NCBI GenBank assembly: GCA_977017645.1 | Contig: OZ360241.1 | Span: 38,254,001 to 38,318,000, forward strand | Source: Torpedo marmorata | Lineage: Eukaryota | Direction: 5' to 3' | DNA length: 64,000 bases | Part shown: one piece after another, positions 11,333 to 23,896 of the stretch | Layout: each line of letters starts with the position of its first letter | How positions within the stretch are numbered: the first letter of the stretch is position 1 | Notes under the pieces: generated by a model | Seen by the model: only the letters and a program-made list of their open reading frames with translations | Databases searched by the model: none | What the model was told of the DNA's origin: nothing | Position numbers and translations under genes: made by a program

Positions 11333-12968
11333 CTATAAAAGAAAGCATGCTAAATGAATGAGCTTAGAGCAGTTAAAACTTAGTTTCGTTGTTGCCTCCA
11401 GCGAGATAATTGAAACAATCTGCACTTGAGTCCACCAAAAAAAATACAAAAATTATACTATATAGCTCCTCACAGAACATTGATTCTGAAAAATTATCTG
11501 CAACCTTGAAACATAACTCCCTTGATATTCAGGTATAGTATTACTTGAAACAGTGGTTTAAAATTTTGTCACCAGGGCTAATTACAAGAATCAACTTTCC
11601 CAGTATTGGCCCTCCTTCACGACTGCATTTTACATTATCCTTTGCATATCTATAATTGCCAAGCTACCATCACAGCTTTAATTCTGCTATTAAACTGTGT
11701 GTGAAGACTAACTCCAATCACACCTGTAGAACATACTGGTCTGGGAATTTCTTGGACCAGGTCCCTCCTTGTTATACTGACGAGAATCAAGGGAAATCCC
11801 CATTTACACATTTTCACCACTCTTCAAACTACTGGATTCCAATGGCATACACATAAACCGATTGGCTAGTATGACAGTATGAATAATTTCTTGGGAGATT
11901 TCCTCTGCTCAGGTTAGGAATGCAATGCAGTAGGAGGATGAACTCCAGGTCCACAGAGTAAACTAGGGCTGAAAGCCATTTGTGAATAGAACCATTATAA
12001 GTAACAATTTGTTAAATTGTCCACGATTTGAGGGGAGTGCCATAGCAATGGAGAAAATTCATAGACAAGGTGTTGGGTTAATCAGCATGCTCTTTGACAT
12101 AACTGCCAATTTTTTTAATTTTTCTTATTTTTTATTTTTATTTTTTTAAAGTATCATTGCAGGTAAATAAAGTTGTGATTCAAACAGGCAGCCAGAATGC
12201 AAGCAGCAACATTGAAGTTGGCTGTGGATTTGTGCATTATTAGAAGAAATTAAAATCAACAGGCTCATAGCTGAGGTCACCAACAAAAAAAGCAAGTGTG
12301 AAAAGGGCAGGCAGAGAATGGTTAACATGAGAACTAGTTAATGATTGGCATGGGCGACTGCTCCAAAGCAACAATCCAAGCCACAGTGGCACCTCAGAAT
12401 GCCAAAGTCAAAGCAGAGGGCAATCGTACTAGGGAGTTCATGTTTGCAGTGATATTTCAGCAGAAGTTTAACAGAGCATTTATTAATGCAATGAAAAGGG
12501 GGTGAGATAAATGTTTGGAGAATGGGAGAATTAAGGGTTATGGGGAGCAGGTGGGTAAGTGGAGCAAAGTCCATGGCCAGATCAACCTAATCTTACTCAA
12601 TGGTGCTGCAGGCTCAATGGGCCAGATAGCCTACTCCTGGTTATTATGTTCTTATTAGTGAAAAGGAGAGACATAACTAAATAGGAGAGTGATGGAGACA
12701 AAAGAGACTGCAAATGCTGGAACAAAGAACATTCAGCTGGAGGAATTCAGTGGGTCCAGCAGCATCAGTCAAGGAACCGTCAACGTTTTTGGTTTCATCA
12801 AGACTGATCATGGGGAGTGATGATGTTGGAGTCATAGCTGCTAATTCAGAATTTCTTCAAAACTAAACAGGGCACTGAATTGGTAAAATTAGGAAGGACA
12901 TGGAGCAAGATCATGTTAAAACATTCAAATTGGTTATAATTTTGTGCATTTAGTAAAATATTACTCAC

Positions 12969-13121
12969 CGCTTTCTCAGCACGAACTGGTAGAACTACAC
13001 TGGCCAAAGGAATGCTGACAGGCAATTTGTTTGGTTGAACAGTGCTCAATGGAATACTGATCGGTAGGCTGGTTATGGTTTCAGAATTATTAACTGGGCT
13101 TCTGTTAAAATCTTTAGAAAG
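12969..13121 (-). CDS. DOT1L: DOT1L exon 22 with AF9/ENL-binding motifs LPISIPL and LPVSIPL
   Basis: ITSLPISIPLSTVQPNKLPVSIPLASVVLP matches human; ctgcag / gtgagt ends. Confidence 0.96.
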
Positions 13122-15199
13122 CTGCAGCGAAAGTAAAAAAATGGTTATAAAATAGTGCACAGTTACAAAATAAAAACAGTGCAAACTTTTCAAATTCGGA
13201 TTAGGTTGATGGCACTGGCTTATTTCTGAAACATGCAAAGCAATACACATTGTTAACTGCTAATCTTCCAAGATTCACCCAGAATGGCTGGCCAACAAGT
13301 CCAAACTTGGGCTATTCCTGAACAAATGCTGAGATACACCATTCCACTCCAGAGAGGAGATCTCTGGGACACCCGAATTGTGCCAGTAAACTGTTCATGA
13401 AGTCGAATTAAGCAATTTTGATTTGGCACGTTTCCCTGCTCTCAAAGATGCTTGTTAAGTACCTTTTTTAAAAACTCATTGTTGTCAAAACCATCAGAGA
13501 AAAATGACACTACAACAGTACAGTAACTGGACTCCTAGCAGAAGACCATGCCTAGGTTTATATTATTGCAGGGGCAAGCAGCCAGTGATTCCAGGGCAGT
13601 GGAACAAAATCGCCCATATTATTCAGAACAACATGCATTTTGAAATGTTGTGAATTTGATCATAATGTGCAATTTGATTGCATGAAAAATTAAGTCATAT
13701 TTAAGCAAAGGAATGGGCAATAAAATGCAGACCAATACATGGACTGCCAATTCCCTGTAGCATATTTATATTAAAATAATAAAAGGGCCACAATTAGATT
13801 ACAAGAAACAATTAATGGCTAACAGAATAACATTGTTTCAACATTCAATCCAAGATGATAATCTGAATAACCCCGTACTACAACAATCAGAAATATCTAA
13901 AATATTGCATGGAATGCAATCAATGTTTGAAAGATGTTGGAAAGTGTGGTAGACATTGCATGACTACTCAATACAAGCACGTTTTTGTACAAAAACATTT
14001 TTAAATAAACACAGATCTAAAGATACACATTCACTGAAATGCTTAAACAATGTATCCAAAATACAAATTACCAAACTGCATAATATGAACATAACAGCAA
14101 GTTAACTGCTGAACTTATTTTTTGAACAATAAATAAACTATTAGTAGATTATCATTCATGGGTGTCAACTGGCTAAACCCTTTATTTGGATTATCATCTT
14201 CACCAGAAGGAAACAGCAGAGATAATGCTCCTATCAAAATTTCATACCAATTCCGAGTTTACATCATATCAAAATAACATTTCCAGAAAATTGCTGTTCA
14301 AGTTTTGAAGCTTTTTTAATTTTATTTTTCTTTCTAGAAAGCCATTAACAAATAAAATTCATTTGAGAAATTGACAAGAGCCTTGCAGCTGGAAAATGTG
14401 GATACGGCCTAAAATGAGGAGGAACCATTTTTATGCTGACTGTGCTACTGAACTTGACATTTGCCCCAGAATATTGAAAGAATGCAGAGAAACTCAGCAG
14501 GTCACATAGCATCCATAGAAAGTAAAATGTCACACAGCATCTGTGGAGGAAAAGGGATGGTCAACGCTTTGACCCGATACATGGACAATCCCTTTCCTTC
14601 CAGAGATGCTGCTTGATCCACCACGTTCCTCCAGCAGTTTGGTTTTTTTGCTCCAGATTCCAACATCTGGAGATTTACATCTCTTTCGTGTAAATCAGCA
14701 ATGGGTTTTAAAAAGATTTTTGTGCCTAATTTGGAGCAGCACCTCTTGTCATTGTCAGAGCTAAACAGTATAGAAGCAGGCCCTTTAGCCCACCGCGCTC
14801 ATGCCAACCTCTCTGACCATTTATACCAATCTCATTTGCCGCTTTAGGACTGTATTCTTCTGTGTCTTTCTTGTCAATTTAAGTAGCTGCTTAAATTCCT
14901 CTTAAACATAGTATACACAGTAAATACATCTGACTTGGATTTCCACATTTGGCAGGGATACAAAGCCATAGAGTACAAAGGAATACAATAAAAATTATGT
15001 GCTGGACCTTGCTAGCTTTCATCAGCAGTCCTGATCTTGCCTTATTCAGCTGTTCACACGGATGTCCTCGACATCCAAGCACACACTATCAACTGCAAAA
15101 TCAGCTCACACTGACAGATTTGGATGGACAGATCCAATGGGATCACCTACCTTTGATGGCATTTGCCCAGCATTATGCTGAGAAGCAGGTAAATAAATA

Positions 15200-15374
15200 C
15201 AGTAAAACCCCTGGTATCTGGCACCTATGGGGATTGGTAGATGCAGGATAAGTAAACGGTGAAGCTCGCCAATTTTAAACCCGTATTTTTTTTATATATT
15301 TATTTTCTGCAATTTTTTTGCCAGTTGCTTGAGGCTGCCGGTTGCTTGTATTCCGGATAACAGGGGTTTTACTA
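15200..15374. mobile_element. Tigger/pogo-like MITE
   Basis: TA then CAGTAAAACCCCTGGTATCTGG ... CCGGATAACAGGGGTTTTACTA inverted termini. Confidence 0.82.
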
Positions 15375-16120
15375 TCAACAGAATCGCTCAAGAAACACAA
15401 AAGGTGCAGATGTTGGAATCTTGAGTGAGCAGAGAAGCTAGAGGGACTCAGCAGGTCAGGCAGCATCCATGGAAAGAAATAGCCAATCAGCAACAAATTG
15501 CTCTGACAAAAACATTGACTAAAACAGTTTATTAAAGAGAGCCATTTTCGATTCCCAGTAATCCTCAAAACAAAAACTTATGCAACTTGCACAGTTATTT
15601 TAAGGCACCGGGAAGCAACTTTAGTGATGTTGTGAACAGACAGATTTTACTCTGCTATTACAATGGGACTGAGAGACTGCAGATTGGAGTCCAAAACATG
15701 ATAAATTGCAGGTCCTCACCACGATGGGTTAACGCAGTCTGCCACAGAACATAAAAATCAGGCCAAGCATGATCAGCATTGAAAAATTAATCATGCTGGT
15801 ATCACCTACCACACACACTGGAGATAATGACAACATAGGCTATTCACAAATCCATGTTGAGCACTTTTTAAAAAAAAATCATGCTTTTACATGTAATGAC
15901 ATATTGGAGTCAGGCTCAATTTCTTCCTTGCGTTTCAAAAGGATTGTTTGTGTAATAATCCACGAGGAATAAATTATGCAATTCACAACTTCGCAGAGGC
16001 AGACAAATGAATGAAATATAGATAAAGAAAAAAATAAAGGGTTGACATGGCTGTAAAAATTCAACGAACGTGAATTGCACAACACTGCATTTGCTTTATA
16101 AAGCGTCAACATCATCTTAC

Positions 16121-16259
16121 CTTCTCTATACTTTTCTCGCATGCTGCCTGCTGGATTGTTGGTGATAATGGTTGTAGCTGTTCATTGGAACCATGCTGAA
16201 CACCATTAGGAACTCCTGGACTCTGATGAGAAAGACCAGTTTCTTTCTGGTTTTCATTC
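16121..16259 (-). CDS. DOT1L: DOT1L exon 21 (NENQKETGLSHQSPGVP...EKSIEK)
   Basis: tgcag / gtaaga ends, 139 nt; resembles human KENGLPYQSPSVP...EKSSEK. Confidence 0.9.
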
Positions 16260-16595
16260 CTGCAACACATTAGGTTATTATACTTCAACATGACTTTGAG
16301 GCTGATTGCACAACCATGCAGTTAAAGAAACAAATTGTTATATTTAGCTTCCTTGATGATCTCCACAAGCCATAGTAACTATCTGGGTGCTCCAGTTTCC
16401 CCCAGGTTCCAGATGAATGGGTTAGTAGGTTAATTGGTCACATAGTCATATTGGCACAGCTCTTAGGCAGGAAGGGCCTGTTACTGAACTGTATCTCTAA
16501 AATTTAAAACTACAAATCGATAGAGGCTTTATGGGAACAATGAAAACAAAACACTTCATTGAAGCGGTTTCATTTTTCACTCATCTGTCACTAAC

Positions 16596-17080
16596 CTCTG
16601 GGCACAGGCCAGTTGTACTTCATGTGCAAGCTTCCCCCCTCCTGTATGATCTTGGTTCAAATGTCGACGAAGTGCTATTTTGGCTGGAGAAAATCTGGTG
16701 TAGTCTGGAAGAGAATGACTTGATGATCTGTCCACTTTGTGTTTGCTCATAAGGTTTGGGAGGCACAGCCCGTTCTCCTGGTCTGGAAATGAAGTGCTGT
16801 ATGCATTCTGTGATTTGGAAGAAGGCCGGCTTAAAGAACTGTGAATTTCAAAAGGAGTTGCACTTCCATTCATAGAGAGTTCAGGACTCAAACCATTTAT
16901 ACTTCCCATTGGAATTTTTGGACATTCAATTTCAAGTTGGAATCTGTTTCTTTCTGCATCCATTTCATAATTCTTGTTTTTGTGACGTAGCTGAAGGGAT
17001 ATATCATCTGAAGGCATGTAGGATTTGAGCTGTATCAGTTCTTGCTGTCGTTGACACTTTTCCAATTCCACAATGCTTAT
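16596..17080 (-). CDS. DOT1L: DOT1L exon 20 (ISIVELEKCQRQQEL...PDYTRFSPAKIALRRHL...)
   Basis: 485 nt, open frame, AG/GT ends, conserved motifs. Confidence 0.95.
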
Positions 17081-18348
17081 CTAATAGTATCAGAGGAAAG
17101 CAAAAGACAGTTGGAAGTAAAAACAGCTGTAATCCATCTCTATTTTCCTGAACAATTAGAAACAGTTTCAGATACAAAACCTAAATAAATGCAATTAGAT
17201 GACAATGGAAGTTATATCAGCGTCAATGGCAATTCAAAAGGAAACCATTAACCTCCCCAAAACCTTGCATTTTTAATATTGAAAACTAATGCTACTTGAA
17301 CTTCCGACTTCAGGATACCAATCTTAAAATATTTCATGAAATTTAATCTAATCTCAATAATTTGCACAAGAATAACTATCTTTTTCAACTGAAATATGGG
17401 TTTAAATCCCATCCAAATCAATGGAATGAAAACCTGCTTCAGTATTAGTGGAATATGTGTCATAGATGACGGAAATGACGATTTCATCATCAGTAGGACC
17501 AGCAGCCAAAATAAAATGGCCACAAAATTTCACCAGCTTTGTTATTTTCCAAAGTTTTATTTAAATCTGTGGTAGTAAGTGATTCTTCTAACTCTGTATT
17601 TAAATGGAATTTCAGTTACTTCTCATCATAACCGACAAGAGAAATTTAACAACTTTTCCACTGGAGCGTATTCCTGCAAAAGCAAAGTCTTCAACCATGG
17701 AAATTCGAGTGATCTGGGGTCAATCCTGAACTCCAGTGCTGTCTGCATGTTCCTCTTGCGATCGCATGGGGTTTTCCCCATATGCTGCTTCCCTCCCACA
17801 TCCCGAAGACACTTGGATTGATAGGTTAATTGACCACTGTAAATTGCCCCCAGTTTGTGAGTAGTAGATTCGGCAGTGGCAGTGAAGTTCACAGGTTGAT
17901 AGGAATTGGCACAGGCTCAGTAAGCCTGTACTGTCTATGACCAAACTCACCAAGACAGGTGAGCTAAGGAATAAATTCAGCAATGAGGCTTGTGGACCAG
18001 GTGTGTAGATAAGGGATCGGATTTAACTAACATATAGAATAAGGATGTTCTCCTGCCACTATCATCCCAGTCAGAAATAATACAAAGACAAATTAGAGTA
18101 GAAAGACAAATCACTCAGCTCCTAGATATCAATGCATGTTTACTTCCAATCCCATGAATAAACCATTCTAGAAGATCCATCACCACAAACTTTGGAGTAG
18201 CCTGTAATCATCTTTCTCACATGTCTGATTAATAACTTTGCCAAACGGCATTTCCATTAGGAGAATGATTTTGCATTTATTCCAAAAAGGCATTGCTCAA
18301 TTTCTTTCCCCCATACAATCTATATAGAACAGCTGTGGGTAATCCTAC

Positions 18349-18474
18349 CTGAAGCTCTAAGCAGTGTCTCTGTTTTTCGGAGATCTGACTCTTCAAGGCT
18401 TGTTTCTCCTTCAGCAGGTTGTCCAAAGACAGTGACGACCAATCCAAATTAAGCTCTTCACATCGTGCTTTCAG
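18349..18474 (-). CDS. DOT1L: DOT1L exon 19 (LKARCEEL...QRHCLELQ)
   Basis: 126 nt, near-identical to human, AG/GT ends. Confidence 0.96.
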
Positions 18475-18960
18475 CTGCAGAAATTGAGCCACGTGAAAAG
18501 CCTATCGACTGCCCCTCACACAATTTGTTGAAAAATTACAGCTTCCCTTCAATATTTTAAGTCTATTGCCCTGCTATATTATGTCCCTCAAACCTGCTGC
18601 AAGTTTAAAGCAGACTTTAAAAATCATGTACTTGTTTTAAGATACAAGAGAAAGGAACATTGTTCATTTTCTACTTCAACCAACCCTGACTCAGCAACTG
18701 CGAACAAACTGATAACGATTAGAAATGAAAATGTATTTTTCATTGTATTCCCTACCTTTTTTTTTAAACCATAAACCCTAGGCAAGATTTTTTTTTTTTT
18801 TTTTTAATATAAAGAACATAACTATATTTATCAGAACTGCTATTACAACACCTGCTTTCTAGTTACAATACAACAGGTCAACCAACCCAACCCACAGAAT
18901 TTGAAAAAAGTCATGTTCTTTTTAAAATTACATCCCACTCCAAACCCTTCAAATAATTAC

Positions 18961-19098
18961 CAGCTGCAGACTTTGTTTCCTGAGGTCACCATTGTCCTTT
19001 TCCAGCTGCTTTGTCTGTTCTTTTAGCTGCCTGTTGTGCGCAATAATCTCTTTCTGTGCTTGGAGTAAATCGTTGAATGTCATGGCCTTTATACCCAA
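18961..19098 (-). CDS. DOT1L: DOT1L exon 18 (LGIKAMTFNDLLQAQKEIIAHNRQL...QSLQL), coiled coil
   Basis: 138 nt, AG/GT ends, phase 0/0. Confidence 0.95.
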
Positions 19099-19220
19099 CT
19101 GGAAGAAGATGCAAGATGGCAAATGTAAAATTTAAATGTTGTACAACTATTCTCAATTTCTCACTATTGTTCATATACAAGCATATTGGAACCTTATTCA
19201 ATTATTTAGCAAAATAATTT

Positions 19221-19444
19221 AATTTGGACATCCAGCACGGTAACAGGCCCTTCCGGCCCACAAGCCCGTGCCGCCCAAATACCCCTACAATCCACGTACG
19301 TTTTGGAGGGTGGGAGGAAACCGGAGCATCCAGAGGAAACCCATGCAGACATAGGGAGAACGTACAAACTCCTTACTGACAGCACCAGATTCAAACTTTG
19401 GTTGCTATAATAGTGTTGCGCTAACTGCTACGCTAACCGTGCCA
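19221..19444 (-). mobile_element. HE1-like V-SINE
   Basis: Reverse-complement copy of the SINE consensus. Confidence 0.88.
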
Positions 19445-20899
19445 CACCATCAAGTCATTTAGAAAATTAACAATTTTGTTTGGCAAATCCAAGCACAACT
19501 TAGACTGGAATTTAAGTAACTTAGTAGCTTCCGATAAAGTATTTGTTCAAGGTAACTTCATTAAATAATTTGATTGATTAAATCTGAATTTAAAATCCAC
19601 ATGTTTGTGATTAGCAAAAGCCAATCAATTTTAATTTACAGTGAAAGCAACCAAGAACAAAAAAGCTTGACAATAAAAAAAAACTTGGCTTAGCAAATAA
19701 CATTAATTTCTATAAAGATAGTAATCAGCACACATGTGGTCATTAAATATTTAAAGAAAACAGTTTTGAGGGATGGGGTTGAGGGCTGAAATTGGGGAAG
19801 AGAACAATTTCATCACAAAAAAACCCAGCTAAATCTGACCTGGTAAATCTAGGCAAATTTCTATGATCACACTCAAATGAAACTTGAGAATATTTTGTCC
19901 ACAGGTTTCCTTTTGATTATTTTATGCACACATTACAGTAGAGCCTTTACTCAACATAACATTAAATAAGCTTGTAAATAGATTTTGTGGAGTATAAGCT
20001 TTCAAATGAGAAAATGACCTGCTTCAATTATGTATGCTAGATGGCAATAATACAGTAGAGTATTAACTTAAGTATCTCAATTTGCGCTAAAGCCAGTTGA
20101 AATGCACTGGCTTAAAATAGCATGATAATTGTCAATCTCTCAAGCTTTTCAATTTTAGTTTTGCAAGAGCTTCAGATGCAAAATCTGAAATAGAGATTGA
20201 AAAATAAAAATTTGCATCTCTTCCCCTGTCTTTAGTCCAATCTTTATTTTGCTTTCTGCATACAATTTAAATCTAATTTATATTTCGAGGTTTATACCTC
20301 CTGGTTAAGGTTCTGCATGCCTCGATGAAGATTCCTCAAAACGTTTCGTTGAAGAGCTTCACTGTTTCTTGTCCTGCTCAGAGCCTCTGCAGAGTGCCAC
20401 TCTGAAACAGACGCCAGTTAGAAAAATTCTCCTCTCTGAATCCCGTTAAAAACATCTGTGGCAATTGTCAGCGAGGTGCATGGCAAGTAAATGCCTTTCC
20501 TGCTAACTACAAATGCAGACCACTGCTTTCAGTAACTAGTTTCTCAGCAATATTACACATGCCCCAAATAGTGAGAAGCTAGACAGAGCTTCTTTCCCTA
20601 ACCTACACCTCAACCAAGGATTTCTATACCTTAATTGTGTACTGAAAACTTTCAAAAGGGAATGGGACTCATAATTACAAGAATAGGGTCCCAAAATGAC
20701 AGCAAGATTATGTTTCTATAATACAAACACAGGAATTAAGCACCGTCCAAGTGATACCCAGTAGTGAGCTTCACAAGGAATCCATTTGCAATGTTAACAT
20801 ACTTGTATAATTTAGTAATAAAGAGAATCCTGTATTCAGGGTAATACAGATCTTAGCAAGTAGCTTTATATTTTGTAGATGTAGCCATATAACTTGTAC

Positions 20900-21001
20900 C
20901 TCTTCAAGTTTTTGCTGAAAAAGAAGGCGGACCTCTTCTTTTTGCGTTTGACAATGTCTAAACAGCTGCTGTGCTGTCCCCGTTAACTGCATGTTCTTCA
21001 A
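20900..21001 (-). CDS. DOT1L: DOT1L exon 17 (LKNMQLTGTAQQLFRHCQTQKEEVRLLFQQKLEE)
   Basis: 102 nt, AG/GT ends, matches human. Confidence 0.95.
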
Positions 21002-21293
21002 CTGCAAAAGAAACAAGAGTATTATCTTTTGTCAACAACCATCTACTAGTATTGTCCTTACTGAAATTTGTCCAGCAAAAAAAAAAATTGCATTAACTGT
21101 TGGCCTAATTGGGCATTAAAGGCTAAAAGTGGTGATTCTGATTTGATTCAAAGACTTCTATAATGATGGTGGTTAGTAAATTCTAATTCCTACCAGTACA
21201 ATTTCAATTCTGCCAATTCAGATATTAATTGGACTAACCAAGCATTATTTGTTCTCCTGTGTCAATTGTGTTTTTGAATCCTATAATTGAGGG

Positions 21294-21545
21294 TGGCACG
21301 GTTGGCGTAGCAGTTAGCGCAATGCCTTTACAGCGCCAGCGATTGGGACCGGACCAGGGTTCGAATCCCGCGCTATCTGTAAGGAGTTTGTACGTTCTCC
21401 CCGTGTCTGTGTGGGTTTTTTTCCAGGGGCTCCGGTTTCCTCCCACCATTCAAAAAACGTACCGGGGGTGTAGGTTAATTGGGGGTAAATTGAGCGGCAC
21501 GGACTCGAGGGCCGAAATGGCCTGTTACCGTGCTGTATGTCTAAA
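21294..21545 (+). mobile_element. HE1-like V-SINE, full length
   Basis: A and B boxes (GGTTCGAATCCC), V-domain and tail. Confidence 0.9.
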
Positions 21546-22299
21546 AAACATCAATAGAAACCCCAAAATATACACTGCCAGCAACAGACAATTGAGACAC
21601 CAGTTCTGAGGGAAATTTGCTTGGTGCAACGTACCACATTTGTGAATATTATTGGTTAAATGAGTTAAGGAAAACGTTATAACATTTTGTTAGAAAAGTA
21701 TGTAAAACAGTAAATGTAAAGTCTTGAGTATGGAAGAGGGCTGGTAATAAACAAAATTCTCCACAGTGAGCTAGGGTATATGTGGGTTTGGAAAGGGTCA
21801 GGGAGAGAAAACAATAGAGCTATGCGTGAGCGAGTGAGAAATTAGATTAGCAGTAATGTGGAATGTACTGTATACTTGCTAATGCCTGTCGTTTTTTTAA
21901 AAATTTGCAATAATTAAAAATATTTTACAATACTTTCATCGACTTTTAACAGCTTTTCCGAATATCAGTAATGTTCAGGAAGCAAGTCCTTGAGAGGTTT
22001 GACAGCTGCATCAATCTGTGGGTGTCTCCCTAGATCTCTATCAAAGTAGACCTGCCCATAAGAGTATTAGGTCACCCAAGACCCTCCTGCCTTCCAGCCT
22101 CTCAGTATTTGGGTTGAAAGTCAATATTCACACATCCGAGTAAAGCACAAGACAGTAGGAGGGTGAGCAATTTGTCCTCGACAACAAGTTATGACCGTAC
22201 ACCTGTAAATGAACTAGCATTGCATATTACATTACATTAATCTGGACATCTAAATCAATATTCCCTAACCACAACCCACTCAGTCCATTAATTCTGTCA

Positions 22300-23730
22300 G
22301 TCATAGAACACAGAAACAGGTCCTTTTGCCCAACCTAGCCATGCTGACGAAGGTGCCTTCCTCAGCTGGTCCCATAGCGCTGCACTTGGCCCATATCCTT
22401 CTAAACCTTCAGTATCCACGAACCTATCCAAATGTATTTTACCAGTCTCCATCACTTTGTCTGGCAGCTCGTTCCATACATCACTCAGTGGAAAAACTTG
22501 TCCCCCTTAAATTGTTTTCCTCTCTGCTTAAACCTATGCCCTCTAGTTTTAGAGTCCCTACCTTGGGGAAAAATAATGTTTCCTTATGATTTTAATAAGA
22601 TCACCTCTCAAGCCTCCTATGCTCCAGGGAAACAAGTCCCTGCCTATCCAGTCTTTCCTTATAACTCAAGCCCTCCAGACCCAGCAACATCCTTGTGACT
22701 CTTTTCTGCACCCTCTCTAGTTTAATCACAACTTTGCTGTAGCATGGACTGAAACAATGCACAATATTCACGCTGCAGCATCCTATACAGCTGTAACACG
22801 TCGCCCCAACTCTTGCACTCAATGCTCCACCCAATGAACGGAAGCTTGCCGTATGCTTTCTTCACCATCTTGTCTGTGTTGCCGCTTTCAGGGAACTTTG
22901 TACTTGCACCCCTGGATCTCTCGGTTCTATGATGGTCCCCAAGGTCCTATCATTCACTTTGCACGTCCTGCCCTGATTCAAGTTCCAAAAATGCACCACT
23001 TCACACCCGAGTTGAATCCCACTTTCCCGGTTGATTTAGATCCAGTTGTAATCTTGGACAATCTTTCTTCACTATCCACTCCACCACCAATTTTAGTGTC
23101 ATCTGAAAATTTACTAATCATGCCACGTTCAACCATCCAAGTCGTTAATATACATGACTAGCAATAGGGGACCCAACACTGACCCCTGTGGCACACCACT
23201 GATCACAGGCCTCCACTACCATCCTTTGTCTCCAACCATCAAGCCATATTTGCATCCAATTAACTAGCTCACCATGGATTCCATGTGACCTCACCTTACA
23301 GACCAACCTACCATGTGGGACCTCGTCAAAAGCCTTGATAAAGTCCATATGTAAACAATGCCGCTTCATAAAGAAAACAATTGAATTTGTGAGACATGAT
23401 TTCCATGCACAAAGCCAAGCCGTCTACCCAAATCAGTAGTTGCCTTTCCAAATGCAGATAGATCCCGTCTCAGAATCCTCTCAAGTAACTTTCCCTCTAA
23501 TGTTAGACTTACTCTCCTGTTGTTCCCTGCCTTGCCCTTGCAGCCCTTCTTTAAAAATGGTGCAACATTACCCCCTATCCAGTTTTCCAGCACCACCCAT
23601 GGTTAAGGAAGACAAAAATCTCTAACAGGACCCAGCTATTCCTTCCTTTGCATCCTACAACATTCTAGAACACTTGATCAGGTCCTGGGGACTTGTCACC
23701 TTCATGCTCCACAAGACTGCCAACATCTCT
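22300..23730 (-). mobile_element. CR1 LINE RT fragment
   Basis: Minus-strand MDFIKAFDEVPHGRL and LERVQKRVTRML motifs, many frameshifts. Confidence 0.88.
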
Positions 23731-23804
23731 CATAAAATCATCTTTCTGAAACACATTAAAGGTTTACTGTAATTTTACTGTGGAATAAATCCGATTATAT
23801 ATAC

Positions 23805-23896
23805 CTTTTCCTGGTCCAGTAACTGCTGCAAGTTTGTCTTGTACTGAGGTGTCTTCATATAAGCCATGAATTGCAGATACTGCAACCTGAAAGACT
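23805..23896 (-). CDS. DOT1L: DOT1L exon 16 (SFRLQYLQFMAYMKTPQYKTNLQQLLDQEK)
   Basis: 92 nt, AG/GT ends, matches human. Confidence 0.95.

Noticed and set aside
11724-11968. Possible cassette exon in intron 22 (tttcag...CAG/gtgtga)
   Set aside because: Weak splice signals and no other support; not distinguishable from chance
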